From Octopus vulgaris (lineage: Eukaryota): a stretch of DNA of 64,000 bases. The notes under the pieces are model-generated. The model made no database searches. It worked only from the letters and a program-made list of their open reading frames with translations, and was not told the origin of the DNA. The DNA is taken from positions 137,764,001-137,828,000 of the forward strand of contig OX597816.1 of assembly GCA_951406725.2 (NCBI GenBank), in the 5' to 3' direction. Positions 45,983 through 61,512 of the stretch are shown here, one piece after another (within the stretch, counting starts at the first letter, position 1; each line of letters opens with the position of its first letter). A program made the position numbers and the translations under genes.

Positions 45983-46585
45983 AGTAATGATGATGATGGT
46001 GACGATGATAATAATCGTGATGATGATAATGGTGAGGATAACGATGATGATGATGATGACGACGACAACGATGATGATGGTCTCAGTAATTGTGATAGTA
46101 GTGGAGCTGATAGCCACGGGTATATTTTACGTCGATATTGATTATGGCAATGATAATTGTGTGACGATGGTGACGATCGAGATGAAAAATTTGAAGTGCT
46201 TTGTCTTGGAGAATATTATGAACATGAATATGTTGATGCTGGCCGTAGTGATGGTTTTGTAGTAATGGCGGTAGGGTTAGGGTGGTGGTGATAATGGTAC
46301 CGATTCGACGCTGAAGATATTGAATATATGAGTAATGATGATGACGATGCTGATGGTGGTGATGATGATGATGATGAGTATGATGATGATGATGATGAGG
46401 AGGAGGAGGAGGAGGACGATGAGGAGGTGGAAGATGATGGTGATGATGATGATGATGAAGATGATAATGTTGACGACGATAACGGGGATACTGATGGTCA
46501 TGATGATGATGATGATGGCGTTGATGAATGAGTGTGGTGGTGATGCTGCTGCTGCTGCTGATGATGTTGGTAGTGGTAATGATGA
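45715..46585. repeat. Degenerate (GAT)n/(GAC)n trinucleotide region
   Basis: Directly visible; gives poly-D, poly-M and poly-I ORFs in several frames. Confidence 0.9.
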
Positions 46586-46745
46586 CAAAGCATTGGGCTA
46601 TTTACACTTTTGTTTTCATCTCGCAGAATATATGTGGTTTTGTGGTTAAGAAACTCGGTTTGGAACTACGTGGTTTCGGGTTCAAGCCAACCGACCTATT
46701 GTAGCACCGGAGTCACTAATATATATATATAGAGAGAGAGAGAAA

Positions 46746-46836
<91 letters not shown>

Positions 46837-46854
46837 TAGATAGATAGATATACA

Positions 46855-46906
<52 letters not shown>

Positions 46907-47049
46907 TTAGTAGCAAAGACACAATATCTCGTAGACTAATTGGATAAACCAGCATTGAATTTGCATAGTCGTATTCGTATAGGAAACGTTGTAACATAAA
47001 ATGCCGGCAGTTAATTCTTTAGAAATTCTATAATTTATAACCTAACAAT

Positions 47050-48120
<1,071 letters not shown>

Positions 48121-48918
48121 ATACTATCCCATGATAACCCCCGCCTAGTTAGTCTGACATCATCTTATTTTGGTGATTACACTATTTTCATTTCTATGAT
48201 GTTCTACCCTATTGATCATATTATGCATATTTGTAATGACTTTATGCAAGTAAATCTCCTCTTAACTAAATTATATCCTTCCTAGAAAGTATAACATCAT
48301 ATATACAATAGCACCTGTAACAGTGCAGTCTGAATACCTCTAACTGCCCTCACTATGTTCATACCTACTACCTCCTCTTTTCGGGTTATCTTTATCTAAT
48401 CCCTGCCTCAAATTTTAATCCCCTGTCTCTTTAAATGTAGGTTATATGTATTTGTATTTCTTATCATTTTCTATAAATTCTTATTTTGTTTTCTTGTTTT
48501 AGTATTCTTACCTATTAACCTCTTACCCCTTATAAGCTGTTACTGTTCTTAAACGGGGATTTTTCAGCTATTTCAGTCTATGCGAGATGGTTATACTATA
48601 TACATATATGTATATATATATATACATATATGTATATATATTTATATATATGTATACTCTCTTTCTACTCTTTTACTTGTTTCAGTCATTTGAATGCGGC
48701 CATGCTGGAGCACCGCCTTTAATCGAGCAACTCGACCCCGGACTTATTCTTTTGTAAGCCCAGTACTTATTCTATCGGTCTCTTTTGTCGAACCGCTAAG
48801 GAACGGGGACATAAACACACCAGCATCGGTTGTCAAGCAATGTATGTATATATATGTATACGTATATATAATTTAACACACTCACCGGTAAAACTTCAAC
48901 TCATTCTTTTTTATTTTT

Positions 48919-48955
48919 CTAAATTTTTCGTTGCGTCTTGCAACCTTTTCAATAG
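48919..48955 (-). ncRNA. Minimal hammerhead-like motif with U3-A8 covariant core UUGAAAA
   Basis: cta-UUGAAAA-g-gttgc-aagac-gcaac-GAAA-aatt-tag. Confidence 0.5.
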
Positions 48956-49559
48956 TCGTTGATTCTGTCCGTTACTCACACTGCATTCCTTTTTGTTAGT
49001 TTGCGCGCATGTGTGTGGATCAGAGTGTGCGTGTGTGTGTGTGCCTATACATGCATGCATTTATGTATGTATGCATGTATGTGTGTGTGCATATTTATGT
49101 ATCTATGTGTGTACATTTGTATGTATGTATTCCCCATATTCATGTATTTGCATATCCGTGTTTGTGTGTCTTTATGTATGTGCATGCGTGTGTGTGTGTG
49201 TGTATGTGTGTTTGTATATGTGTGTGTGTGTATCTCTGTCTCCTTGTGTCTGCATGTGTGAGTGTGTGTGTGTTTCGCAACTATGTACCGTATTTGTATG
49301 TATGGATGTGCATCTCCATATGTGTGGACATGTGTCTCCATATGTGTCCTTGTCTGTAGTAAAGTGTGTGTGTATGGTCATGTATTTCACTCTTCATTTG
49401 CGTATGTGTGCTTGTTTGTTCATGGATGTGACTATCCATCTGTATGTTGATCTGTTTACTTTCATATCCATATGCTTACATACATGTGCATAACACCCAC
49501 CCACATCTATATACATAACATCCCACTAACTATTCTACTCTACCTGTGTAAACTGTGAG

Positions 49560-51700
49560 TATGGAGGTATGATATCTATTATGTATATTTCCTATTTAGT
49601 ATTGGGGAAGTTTCATTTATGAGGACGTACTCCCGTATTTGTCTGAGTGTTGGGTCCTTTGGGTGCTTGGATAAGATGCAGATGTCAAGTTGACCCAGGT
49701 TACTTCCGTGTTGGTCCTTTGCATATTGGTAGAGTATGGAGGACTGTTTTTTTGTCGTCATATTGTCTTAACTGTTCATTTAGTCGTTCTGCAATGCTCT
49801 TAGATGTCTCCCCTATGTATGTCATGTTCATGTCCTTATAAGCACCTTCTATGCATCTTATGTTGTAAACTACATTTCAATTTCTACAGTTAATGCCAGG
49901 GCTAATCCTACATGTCATGAAGTTATTATTAGTGCATATGGGATTTTCAAAGTGGTACGTCCTACATAGATATGATCTGACGGAGTTCCCTGGCTTTTTA
50001 ACAATCTCAATGTTGAGTTTGGTCTCCTTCAGAGCTTTCCTAAATCTATCGGTTAGTTCTCCATGGGCTGTGCCTCTATAAACAGCACTCCTTGATATTT
50101 GTCGGTTTTATACCACGTGTACGCTCTGTTTGCTTTGTCACAAATTCTTTGTATCCTATTCCAGTCTTTGTTTCTATATCTAGGGTAGGTATCACTGGTA
50201 TCATTACGTATAATGTTATCTAATTTCTTACTAGCATCCTTGTATACTCGAACCCTATCTTTCTGATCATATCCAGAGAACTGCATGCAGTGCATGAAGT
50301 TCTATATATGTTTTTTTTTCATTTCATCGGGTTCGCATGGTGGGGGCACGTTGTTCATTATCCTAAGTCTTCTATCAGTATATTAATTTTCATGTTGTGA
50401 CAAAGCTGAGTTCGTGTGAACAACATATTTTGAAGCTATAGGTTTCATGTAATAGGAGTGAAGGAGCTGCACTCTATTGTTTACAGTCTCTAACCTAAAT
50501 TCAGTATCAAGTACAGGGAGTCTATTGTTGAGGTGCTTAGTAGGGTAATCTATAGTTACCTTCATAGTTTGGTGGATGGAGTTAGCTGCTTACTGGATGC
50601 TCTCCATTACGTTACTAGAGTTGGTCCTATGATATTAATGTCATCCACATATCTACTGTAGAGTAGAAGAGTTGTGGACTGTTCTGCTAACATTTGCTTA
50701 AGTTTTCTCTCCCACCAGGTCATGAAGAGGCCCGCTACATCTCCAGCTACACTGACACCGACGGCTGCACCTTGAAACTGCATGTATGGGTTTTTTTTTA
50801 TTAAACTTTACTATGTGGTTCTTCAAGGTGGTTTTTACACTGGCCCCTATTGCACGTACAATCATTTCTTTCACCTGATTGTTGTTCTCGGGATTTTGGG
50901 TGGGTGCGGTCCAGCCACTCCAGCGCTCTGTGGTGCTTTTTTCACTGCTGAAGTGATGATGGGTGGTCTTCCCCTCTGTGACCTGGTGGGGCATAATCTA
51001 CTGAGGTCATAGTAATCTAGTCACTGTCGTAGTTTAGTCTGAGGAGGCGGCCCAGTTCCCTCGTGTTGACATTACAGAATACCACTTCACTCTCACAGAT
51101 CACCTGAATGCATTTCTTCACAGCAAAATCTATGTCAATAGATGGGTAGAGTGAAATCACATCCATACTACCAACTACACAACCTGTGAGGTCGTTGGAG
51201 TGGTTGCAAATACTGATTTTACTGAGGAGATCTTCCGTGCTCACACAGATATCTGGAGACATCTTCCATGCTCACACAGACATCTGGAGAGGTCGTAATA
51301 CATGTGAGAGGAAGTAGGACAGTCTATAGTTGCTGGAGATTACTCCGCAAACTGGTCTGGTTGGGGGCCCCATGGCAGGGTTTATGTAGGATTTGTGGTA
51401 TTTGCGCAACCTGTATAGTGTAGGAACATCATTGTTGAATGCTTGGATATTGTTTGCTGTCCTTTTCATAGGTTGGAGTATGTTGCACCACGTTTCTATG
51501 TGTGCATTGAGGAGTTTTACCACTCTTTCATGTTCTTGTGGTGCAACTTTACTCTTGTTACTGATGTGTTGTTTCAAGGTCTGGACAGGGTTCTGTGGGG
51601 TGGCTATTGACAGTCTGCCAGACTTTTTCGTAGGGGGGGGCACACTAATTCTCTGTTCCTAATTCGCTGTTTCAGTTTTTGTAGACCTTTGTCAAGAGAT
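49560..51700 (-). pseudogene. Decayed Penelope-like element ORF (RT plus GIY-YIG)
   Basis: PPTRPVCG, STEDLL, VVGSMDVISLYPSID, YVDDI, NRLPVLD, YMKP.ASK, NVVYNIRC..TYIGETSKSIAERL, PILNRK; many stops and frameshifts. Confidence 0.85.
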
Positions 51701-52479
51701 GGACTGAGTTGATGGGTCCCCTCCCCACTATGGTTTTTAGTGGATTTGTTGTATCGGTCTAAGATATTGAGTACATACCTATCAACACAAGAAATATTGC
51801 TGGAACATTCCTTTAGAATACTTCAATCAAATGTAAGTATAACGAGGTGATATAATCATTTTGGGAGAAAAGGCAAAACTTATACAAGGGGCAGCGTTAT
51901 CATATTTATTTACGTCTTTCCTGAGCCCCAAGACACATAAGGCTGAGGTTTAATCCAGATTTCACAGTGTCTTAGTGAATGAGATTACAACATTTCATGT
52001 CACTGTACTGGATGCCAGACCAACGCTGAGTTAACTTCGCAGCATGGCATGGTGTAAAAAATCTATACAAGTATGATGTAGAGCGAATTAATTTAGAATA
52101 AACAATGAAACAACGATACTTTAGAAATAATGTTTTCTTCAGACATATAGAAAAGTATGCTACAACATTGCTCGATCATATCTGGAATTTGAAATAACAT
52201 GATTTTCGTTTTGATATCAACGTTGTTTGAACAGCTATTGTTTAACTAAATTACAGCATAGTGGAATGAGCAACGTGAAATGAAGTGTTTTGCTCAAAAA
52301 CACAGCACATCGTCCTGTCCAGGTAATCGAACTCATGATCTGACGAACATGAGTGCAACACCCAAAACACAAGACAACACATCTTCATCGCATTATCTAA
52401 GATTTCTTTATTTGATGACGTATATGACATGCTCTCTCTATATATATATATCATTCATCAGGTTTTGAAAACTGTTGCT

Positions 52480-53620
52480 AGATAATAGGAGTTTATATGT
52501 GAGAGATTTTTGTTATGGCTTGTCGGTGGTTAATATGAGGCTAACTGTAGAAAACTTACCATATTAAAATCTTTGTTAAATACATCTAATGTATTTATTA
52601 GAGTTTCAGGATGCAGTCAACCCTTTATATCTATGTTATATAATGTTTATAGTGATAAATTCCGTACTGAGTAGAATATTTTGGTTAACAAGATCGTACA
52701 TCTCAGCGCTGAAAAACGATTCAATTTAACGTCGAATGAACTAATGAATGATTTTGTATCTTGGCAGAACCTTTACCGACGAGGAGTGGAATCTTTCTTG
52801 CATGCTTAATGATAGCTATACCATTATTGTTTGTATTATTATAAAGCCTAGAAAAATTTAGCGTGCTAACGAGTTGGAATTTATAAATAAAAAGATATAA
52901 TTAGTCAATATCGAATTGGATAACTTTAAAATCGTCGTTTCTTATTATTAATATAATTAAACCATTGTGAAGGCGCATGGCTCAGTGGTTAGAGTGTCGA
53001 GCTTACGATCGTTGCTCCAGTTCACTCAGCTGTAGAAATGAGTTGCGACATCACAGGTGCCAAGCTGTATCGGTCTTTGCCTTTCCCTTGGATAACACTG
53101 GTGGCGTGGAGAGGGGAGGCCGGTATACATGAGCGACTGCTAGTCTTCCATAAAACAACCTTGCCCGGACTTGTGCCTGGGAAGGTAACTTTCTAGGTGC
53201 AATCCCATGGTCAGTCATGACCGAAGGGGGTTTCAGCAATTAAACTATTAAATCAATTAATGATTATAATGCTGATCTTGTATTGTTTGTAGCTAGTCAA
53301 CCTCCTAATAATGTTCAATCCATTCAATGTCTTTTTGTGGAACTAATTACTCTACATTTGGGATTGGAAATAAAATTCTCCTTGTGATCTTTCTTTGAAT
53401 GCGACTATTGCTTCATGTTTAGGCTGATAGTGTTTATATGATTATTGATTTAATTGTTTATAATAGTTGGTAATTTTCTTAATTATAATTTGTTTATAGG
53501 TGCTATTTTCTAGTTAACAGAGGATTTTAGTTATATTTGAGGATATAATGTTATAGTTTTCGCTTGATTTATGTCGCAATAATCGGTGCTTATTTTAGTA
53601 GTGTTGAAGACGTAGAAGAA
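52480..53620 (-). pseudogene. Highly decayed Penelope RT fragment interrupted by a SINE (52970-53236)
   Basis: Minus strand KDHKENFISNPKCRVIS (about 53345-53400), IIKHARK (about 52800), SFDV..AEMYDLV (about 52700). Confidence 0.6.
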
Positions 53621-53984
53621 AAATTTTCAGAACAGCATTTACATTTTCTGATACTTTTCATGTAGCGCTTATTAGATGCAATAGGGATATATTTCATAGA
53701 GCAGTTTAAGCTGTACAGATATATTTGGGGATACATTATTTGGTCATGAACAATGCTCTTGCACGTGGTGCGTTGGAAAAGTGATAATTCATACGATATA
53801 GATTGCTATATGACTCCGTAATACGTTGCTCTTCAACAGAAAAGATTTAGAATACGTAAGAGGTGTTTACATGAATAAAGACAAAGTAATCAATATAAGC
53901 GTAGAATATATATATATAAGATATATAGCTTCTGCACGCATTTTTTTTCTCTCCTTGTTTCTCTCCGTGTTTCTTTTCTGTGTA

Positions 53985-54022
53985 TCTTTCTGTTGAAGAG
54001 CGTAGGCTCGAAACGTAAAAGA
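53985..54022 (+). ncRNA. Minimal type I hammerhead-like motif with CUGUUGA core, within a TA-flanked cassette at about 53920-54125
   Basis: tcttt-CUGUUGA-a-gagc-gtag-gctc-GAAA-cg-UA-aaaga; helices I and II perfect. Confidence 0.72.
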
Positions 54023-54299
54023 CTTGTTTTATTTATATTCCTGAGCGCCATACTAATACAATTGTCTGTTTGTACTCCACCTGCCTTCGTCTTTTGTTTA
54101 TTTTCATGAAGCTTCCCGTTATATATAAGATATAGCCCGTTATAGAAAAAGAACACATCATGACTTAAAATTTTATGTTTCTTAAAGACCGGAAAGATTC
54201 TTAAAGGATAGACATAAGTTTTCTGAATAAATAAATAAAAACACTTCAAATATGTCACAGAACTTAGCCGTATCGAACAAAACCTTGATGTGTTGTGAA

Positions 54300-54540
54300 A
54301 AAATTATTATGTAGATATGATGGTAAGCAAATTGAAAGAAAAATTATGTAGGCATTGTGGAATGCAAATTTAAAAAAAATAATGGAACATCGATACTTTA
54401 ATCAAAAGACATATTGAAAATTTTGATGATACAACATTGCCCAATAATATCTGGAAATTAAAAGAACATGATTTTGATTTTGATATCAAATGGTAGAATT
54501 TTAAGCGGTGCAGATCATATAAAAATGGAAGAGTACGATG

Positions 54541-54545
<5 letters not shown>
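54300..54545 (+). pseudogene. Penelope GIY-YIG remnant
   Basis: DTTLPNNIWKLKEHDFDFDIKW..RSYKNGRVRCD; a related piece lies at 52155-52220. Confidence 0.6.
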
Positions 54546-54590
<45 letters not shown>

Positions 54591-54961
54591 AAAATATGTC
54601 TCGCATTTACTAGCGCTTATACATAATGAGTTGTATCAGTCATGAAGGTTTATAATAAAGGAAGTTCTTACATATATATACGTATGTGTGTGAGCGCGTT
54701 TGCGTATGTGTGTGAGTGTGTGTGGTCTCTCTATATATATGTCTGTCTGTCAGTATGTATATATGTATGTAAATGTATATGTGTGTATGTGTGTATATGT
54801 GTGGTTTCCTTTTCTAAAATCAACTGTTAATTTCAACGTCTAGTCATTATTTAGATTCTGATCGAATACTCAGTATCGATGCTTTGTGTGCGTGTGTGTG
54901 TGTGGATGTATATATATTGTATATATGTCTGCAAGCATACATGCATATATATATATCTATA

Positions 54962-55010
<49 letters not shown>

Positions 55011-55989
55011 GGGCTGGCCGTGATCTAGTAATCTCAAGATTAATCAGCCGAAATTGCTACGATGATCCGGTTCTTGACTGAAGACTGAGGGTTTCGAATG
55101 TCCTGTCCGTGTTTATTGTGTCGTCTTCTAAGAGTTATACGTTCTTGTCCATGTTGTATTTTTCTACATACCTTAATATATATATATATATATGCATATG
55201 GAAGCATGTATCTACATGCATGCGTGCGCACGCGTGCACACACATACACATACAGAAGGACAGAGGAGATGTGAGGAAGGAGAGAATCAACATGGACATG
55301 CATGTATACACACACACACATACATACACACACACAAACATAGCATAAATCATATGCACTAGAACGATGGTTTTAATGAAACATCCTTTGTCTGTCCAAC
55401 GTCTTCGCCGCTCCTCTCCAGCCTGCACAATCTCCTCCGACTTCTTCTCTCATCCTTCTCTTTTTCTTCCTCTTCTTCGATCCACCGCTACCTCTCCTTT
55501 CCCACATTCATTCATCCGTCCGCCTTCACTCTCCACTGGCATATAAGGCGCCATTATATATCAGCTGTATTTTGACGTGCAAGTTTATAGATTAAAGTAA
55601 TTAAATTTTGAAGCCAATTGTTTAAAACTGTTCAGTTATCTCCAAAGAGCTTTCCGACGGTCAGTCTATTAACTGACAAGTCTAATAGTCCACAGTGAGA
55701 CCTTCAATGTACTGGTCAAGCCAATGTTTCCCATGGGCGTATCTGATAAGAGCAGTTAATATATAGTTAAGGTGATAGAGAGCATCAACTATTTGACAAA
55801 TATTTGTCTTAAATTGCTTCACTCTCAACTCCTTCTCTCTTTCTCTCGCCACATATCTCTTACAATATTTATACAGCTATTGATTTTTCTGTCATTCTCC
55901 TCGTGTATGTATGGGTTTGTTTATATGTGTAGGTCGGTATGGATGATGTGCGTAAGCAAATGGTTGTCTGTGTTCGATTTGGCTGTGTT

Positions 55990-56047
<58 letters not shown>

Positions 56048-56162
56048 TCTATTCATGTGTAGAAATGATTTACTGTGTTGATGTATGTTTGGATGCGTGT
56101 GTTTGTTTGCATTAGTCTGTGGTTGCCTGTAAATGTATGTTAGTGTGTGTATACGTGTGTGT

Positions 56163-56201
<39 letters not shown>

Positions 56202-56748
56202 TACGTCTGTTCATGTGTGTAAATGACTCGCTGTGTTGAAGTATGTTTGGATGTGTGTGTATATCCGCATTAGTTTGTGGCTACCTGCAAATGTATATGC
56301 GTTTGTGTATGCGTGTGCGTGCATGTGTGTGTATGCGTGCGTACACATTGTGTGTATGTGTGTGTATCCGTGTGTATGCATGTATGTGTGTATGTATGGA
56401 TGCGTGTGGGTATGCGTGTGTATGCATGTGGATGTGTGTGCGGCCCTCTGCAGGTGTTAGGATGCACGTGTATGTATATCTGTTGAAGCATAAAAATATG
56501 GGAACTGTGTGTTGATACGTGATTACGTGTGTTTGTGTGTGTGTGTGTTTGTGTGTGTGTGTATGTGTGTGTGTGTGCGTGTGTGTGTATGTGTGTGTGT
56601 GTATTAGTGCACGTTTATATATGTACCAATTGAGACTGTGGTCGATGTAAAACCTCTATTACCCTCCCCCAAAAGTTTTAAACCTTGAACCTATAGTAGA
56701 AAGGATTATCATTATTTTTTCTTCTTATTATTATCATTATTATTATCT

Positions 56749-57612
56749 AGGGCAGTGAGTTAACAGGATCGTTAATACGCCGGGCGAGATGCTTGGCGGC
56801 ATATGGTCCGTCTTTACATTCTGAATTCAAATTCTGCCGAGGTCGACTTCGCCATTCATCCTTTCGGGGTCGATAAATTAAGTACCAGTGAAAAACTGGG
56901 GTCGATGCAATCGACTAAATCACTTCCTTCAAATTTGAGGCCTTGTTCTTCCGGTAGAAAGGATTATTATTATTATTACTCAGACAACGAGCTGGCAGAA
57001 TCGTTAGCACGCCGGGCGAGATACCGCTGGACATTTCGTCCGTCTTTACGTTTTGAGTTCAAATTCCGCCGAGGTCGACTTTGCCATTCATCCTTTCGAG
57101 TTCGATAAATTAAGTACCAGTGAAACACATGCGGAGTGCCGCACACACATCCACATGCATACACACACATACACACAGACACATACACACACACGCATAC
57201 ACAAACGCATATACATTTTCAGGCAACCACAGGCTAGTCCCCTCCCCACAAATTTCAGGCCTTGTGCCTATAGTAAAAAGGATTATCATTATTTTGTTTT
57301 AGCTATTGCTCGGGCTTATTCCTGGTAGGATTTTATGTGGGTTGCGGGTTACTACTTCCAACCTTAGGTATCCAGAAGTTTTCAACTGTCTTTTAAGTGC
57401 TTAGGACCCACCTGGAAATCCTTGCTGACCCAGAAACAAACTATCTGTGGGAGCTCTACTGGGCATAGAATCGTTAGCACATCAGGCAAAATGCTTAGTG
57501 GCACTTTGACGGTCTTTACGTTCTGTGATAAATTAAGTACCTTTGAAACACTGGGGTGGATGTAATCAACTCATCCCCTCCCCCCAAATGCCCTTGTGGA
57601 AAAATTTGAAGC

Positions 57613-57666
<54 letters not shown>

Positions 57667-58577
57667 CTTATAATAATTCTTGTCATTACGTTACTTAGCC
57701 CGTCGGTAACGCTTTCACGTGATTAGAGAAAAAGACAGAGAAAGACAAAGCGAGAGAGAGAGAGATAATAGTGGTGGTGGTGATGGTGGTGGCGATGATG
57801 TGTGTATAGTGAAAAGTAACTTTGTTTTTATTGGATTAAGTTTTTTATATCACCTTTCACTTAACGCATACGCATCCCAAAGTTTCCATTCACTTGAGAG
57901 AGAAACCAGTTTCCCGTTCGCGGGGCTGTTCTTGCCTGAACCTGTATTCAGCCATGGTCAGCTATATGTTGCATTCTCAAGGTCTCGCAAATATCTGATG
58001 TGAGAGTTAAAGTTATCAACACTGACAAACAAGGGAAAAGAAGACGGAGAACTAACACGAAGAACACGGTTTGTAAAGATGTATTGGATTGAAAGGTGTA
58101 CGCAAATTGAAATGTGTATTGATTCTGTCCCATCGCCTTGGCTTATAAATTACCAGCCATGTGGTTTTCAGAGTATGTCATGTTACATTAAATTTTTACC
58201 CCTGTGAAATTGTGACCCCTGTATTTTACATATAAAATAATTTATTTTAGTATAAAATTTTTGTTTTCTAGATACGAAATTGTGACCATGTAATTTTTTA
58301 AACGCAATTTTTTCTCTTTATAGGGAAAATGGGAAAATAAGAGTGAATATTTATTTTATGAGTGCTGTGTATGAAGTCTATAAAATGTATATATAAAGTG
58401 CATTAAGTAATCATCGTATTCCAATTTCCTTCACTTTTCAATGAATAGCAGATGAGCAACTATCTTTGATACAGATAGAACAAAGGCTACGTTTTCGGGG
58501 TTTTTTGGATAAAGTTTTCAGGAATAATCCAATAGGTTTACAATTAATTTCGTTAAATATTCATGTGTCCCACGAGA

Positions 58578-58643
<66 letters not shown>

Positions 58644-59406
58644 CGAATGTTCATACACTAAGCATACACCTGTAGATTAGAGAGTAACAGTTGGGAGAGG
58701 GCTCGTGCCTTTTGTGGTCAGGTTCGTCATGGATCTGTAGGGCTCTTTGGTTAGCCCTCGTTGGTGTTCATCTTGCATCAGGAGGATTTCATCACTCATG
58801 TTATCACATATTTTGCATAATGTGTATATTTTTACAAGGCGGCGAGCCTGCAGAAACGTTAGCACGCCGGATGAAATGCTTAGCGGTATTTCGTCTGTCG
58901 TTACGTTGTGAGTTCAAATTCCGCCGAGGTCAACTTTGCCTTTCATCCTTTCGGGGTCGATAAATTAAGTACCAGTTACGCTCTGGGGTCGATATAATCG
59001 ACTTAATACCTATGTCTGTCCTTGTTTGTCCCCTCTATGTTTAGCCCCTTGTGGGTAGTAAAGAAATAGGTATTTCTTCTGTCTTTATGTTCGGAGTTCA
59101 AATTCCGCCGAGGTCGACTTTGCTTTTCATCTTTTTGGGATCGATAGATTAAGTATGAGTTGCGTACTGAGGTCGATCCAATCGACTGGTCCCCTCCCCC
59201 AAAGTTTCGGACCTTCTGCCTAGAGTAGAAAAAGATTATATATACTTTTATCGCATTTCACCGTCTTTTTCATTTCTTTCTCTCCATCCTTTTTGTAAAT
59301 AGCCTCAGAATTGTAGTCTGTCTATGTGAGGCCCCCCTCGCCTACGCCCTTGTGGATAGTAAAAGAAATTATCGTTATAATTCTTCTTCTTCTTCTTTTT
59401 CTTCTC

Positions 59407-59473
<67 letters not shown>

Positions 59474-60410
59474 GGGCGACGAGCTGGCAGAATCGTTAGC
59501 ACGCCGGGCGAAATGCTTGGCGGGATTTCGTCTGCCGTTACATTCCGAGTTCAAATTCCGCTGAGGTCGACTTTGCCTTTCATTCTTTCAGGATCGATAA
59601 CATTAATACCAGTTACGCACTGATACTAATTTCATCGTTAGCCCGCCGGGAAAAAAGCTTAGAGGCTTTTTGTCGACTTTGCTTTTTGAGGTCAATAAAA
59701 TAAGTACTAGTTGATTATAGGAGGGAGGGGGGGCGATGTAATCGACTCCCCCACCCTGAAGTTGCTGGCTCTGTGCCAAAACTTGAAATCATTATTATTA
59801 AAGCGGTGAGCTGGCAGAAACTCTAGAGCGTCGGAAAAAATGCCTTGCGGTATATTTTTACGCTCTAGGCTAAAATCTCGCTGAGTTCAACCTTGTGTTT
59901 CAATCACACAGGACCAGTCAAGTACTAGTGTCTATGTTATCGACTAACACATCCCCTACAAATCGCTGGCCCTGTGCTAAGATAACAAAGGATTATCATT
60001 ATTATAGAATGATAATGATTATTTGTAAAGTATAGAAGCCATCTTATCATGGCTAACCACATTGGGGAGGGGGTGTCACTGTAGCTTTATAGCCCCAAGA
60101 GATCTTCGTCTCTAGCTGGCTTTAGACACAATATCTGTGTCCTTGGAGTATTTGCAAAGGGAGGCCATCCCTTCCTCGCAAGCCTGAGTGATACGCTCGA
60201 AACTAACTGGCAGAACCGTTGCCGCGCCGGGAAAAATGCTTAGCTTCATTTCTTTCGGCTTTACGTTCTGAGTTCAAATGCCGCCGGGGTCGACTTTGAC
60301 TTTCATCATTTCGAAGTCGATAAAATAACTATCAGTTGAACACTAGAATCGATGTAATCGACATACCCGCTTCCCCGAGATTGTTGGCCTTGTGAAAAAA
60401 TTTGAAATTA
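56749..60410 (+). mobile_element. Cluster of about 8-9 co-oriented SINE family B copies separated by (ATT)n
   Basis: Copies start near 56749, 56985, 57465, 58837, 59070, 59474, 59635, 59801 and 60205. Confidence 0.85.
57918..58092 (+). pseudogene. Helitron RepHel / PIF1 helicase C-terminal fragment
   Basis: AGLFLPEPVFSHGQLYVAFSR (PIF1-family motif VI), then a frameshift and TKNTVCKDVLD*. Confidence 0.8.
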
Positions 60411-60591
60411 TTATGGAAATTTATATTATAAGCGCAGGCGTAGCTGTGTGATAAGAAGCTTGATTCCCAGTCACATGGTTCCGGGTTCAGTTCCACTGCG
60501 GGGCAATTTGATCAAGTGTTTTCTAGTATAGCCTTGGGCTGATCAAATCCTTGTGGATGGATTAGGTAGAAAAAAACTGAAAGAAACCTGT

Positions 60592-60646
<55 letters not shown>

Positions 60647-61512
60647 CAGGGTGCGATGAGTAAATTGTCGCCACATTATGGTTTTAATTTCGCGCATGTA
60701 CATTGTTTGTTTTTGATTTTGTCGACTACACAGTATATAGTTGCGTATCGCCTGTCAGAAAAAAACAGCACCATGACGCAATTCATGGAAACGACATGCT
60801 GTACTTCTTAACGTTCACACCGGAAGCTCCAATACGAACTTTTCAGTGTTTGGGTGTCAATCTGAGGACAGTGCAATCTGAGGACTTGTACTTAGAGTGA
60901 TAAAAATCAGACATCCAGTCAACATCATGGTGTTTGAAGTGATCACTAGTGATGGCGACGTTATGCCTCCATTCATCTTCCCACACGGCCTTAGACTCAA
61001 CACGGGTGCCTGCATCAAGTGCATGGAGGAAGTAGTGCTATCTTGTGTCCAGAGGGTGGCTGCTGAAGACCTTATCTCTGGCAACAGGACTCTGTACGAT
61101 GCCACACAAGCAGGAGAACCCAGTATTAGCTGTCAGACAATTTCTGCGACCACATCACTCCTAATACCTGGCCACCTAACTCCCCAGGCTGCAACCCCCT
61201 TGGTTATTATATGTGGGGCGCAGTTGAGCGAGAGGTCAAAAAAAAAATTCCTTGTAACACCAAAGATGCACTGAAGGCAAAGGTTATGGCAGCATTCACC
61301 AACTTAAACAAGGGGACCGTCCAGGAGAGTTGCAGAAGATTCCGAAGTCGTCTGGAGGCTGTGGTTGAAACCAATGGCAATTTTATTAAATAAACTTACT
61401 GTTTAGTATTTCAAGATATTTTCATGTAATTTGGTAAATATATCTGTTAAAATGAGATGTCAGTATTATCTTCACTTTTGCGTAATTTAGACGACAATTT
61501 ATTCACCGCACC

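Noticed and set aside
45662-46531. Poly-Asp ORFs resembling acidic biomineralisation proteins
   Set aside because: Degenerate GAT microsatellite open in several frames, with no signal peptide or splice support
51230-51290. 31-bp tandem duplication inside the Penelope RT
   Set aside because: Ordinary post-insertion slippage in a dead element
53260-53620. AT-rich stretch resembling a mitochondrial insertion
   Set aside because: The minus strand gives the Penelope RT motif KDHKENFISNPKCR; no mitochondrial gene was recognised
56749-60410. CRISPR-like repeated units
   Set aside because: Units are about 200-bp diverged SINEs without constant repeat-spacer periodicity, and no cas genes are present
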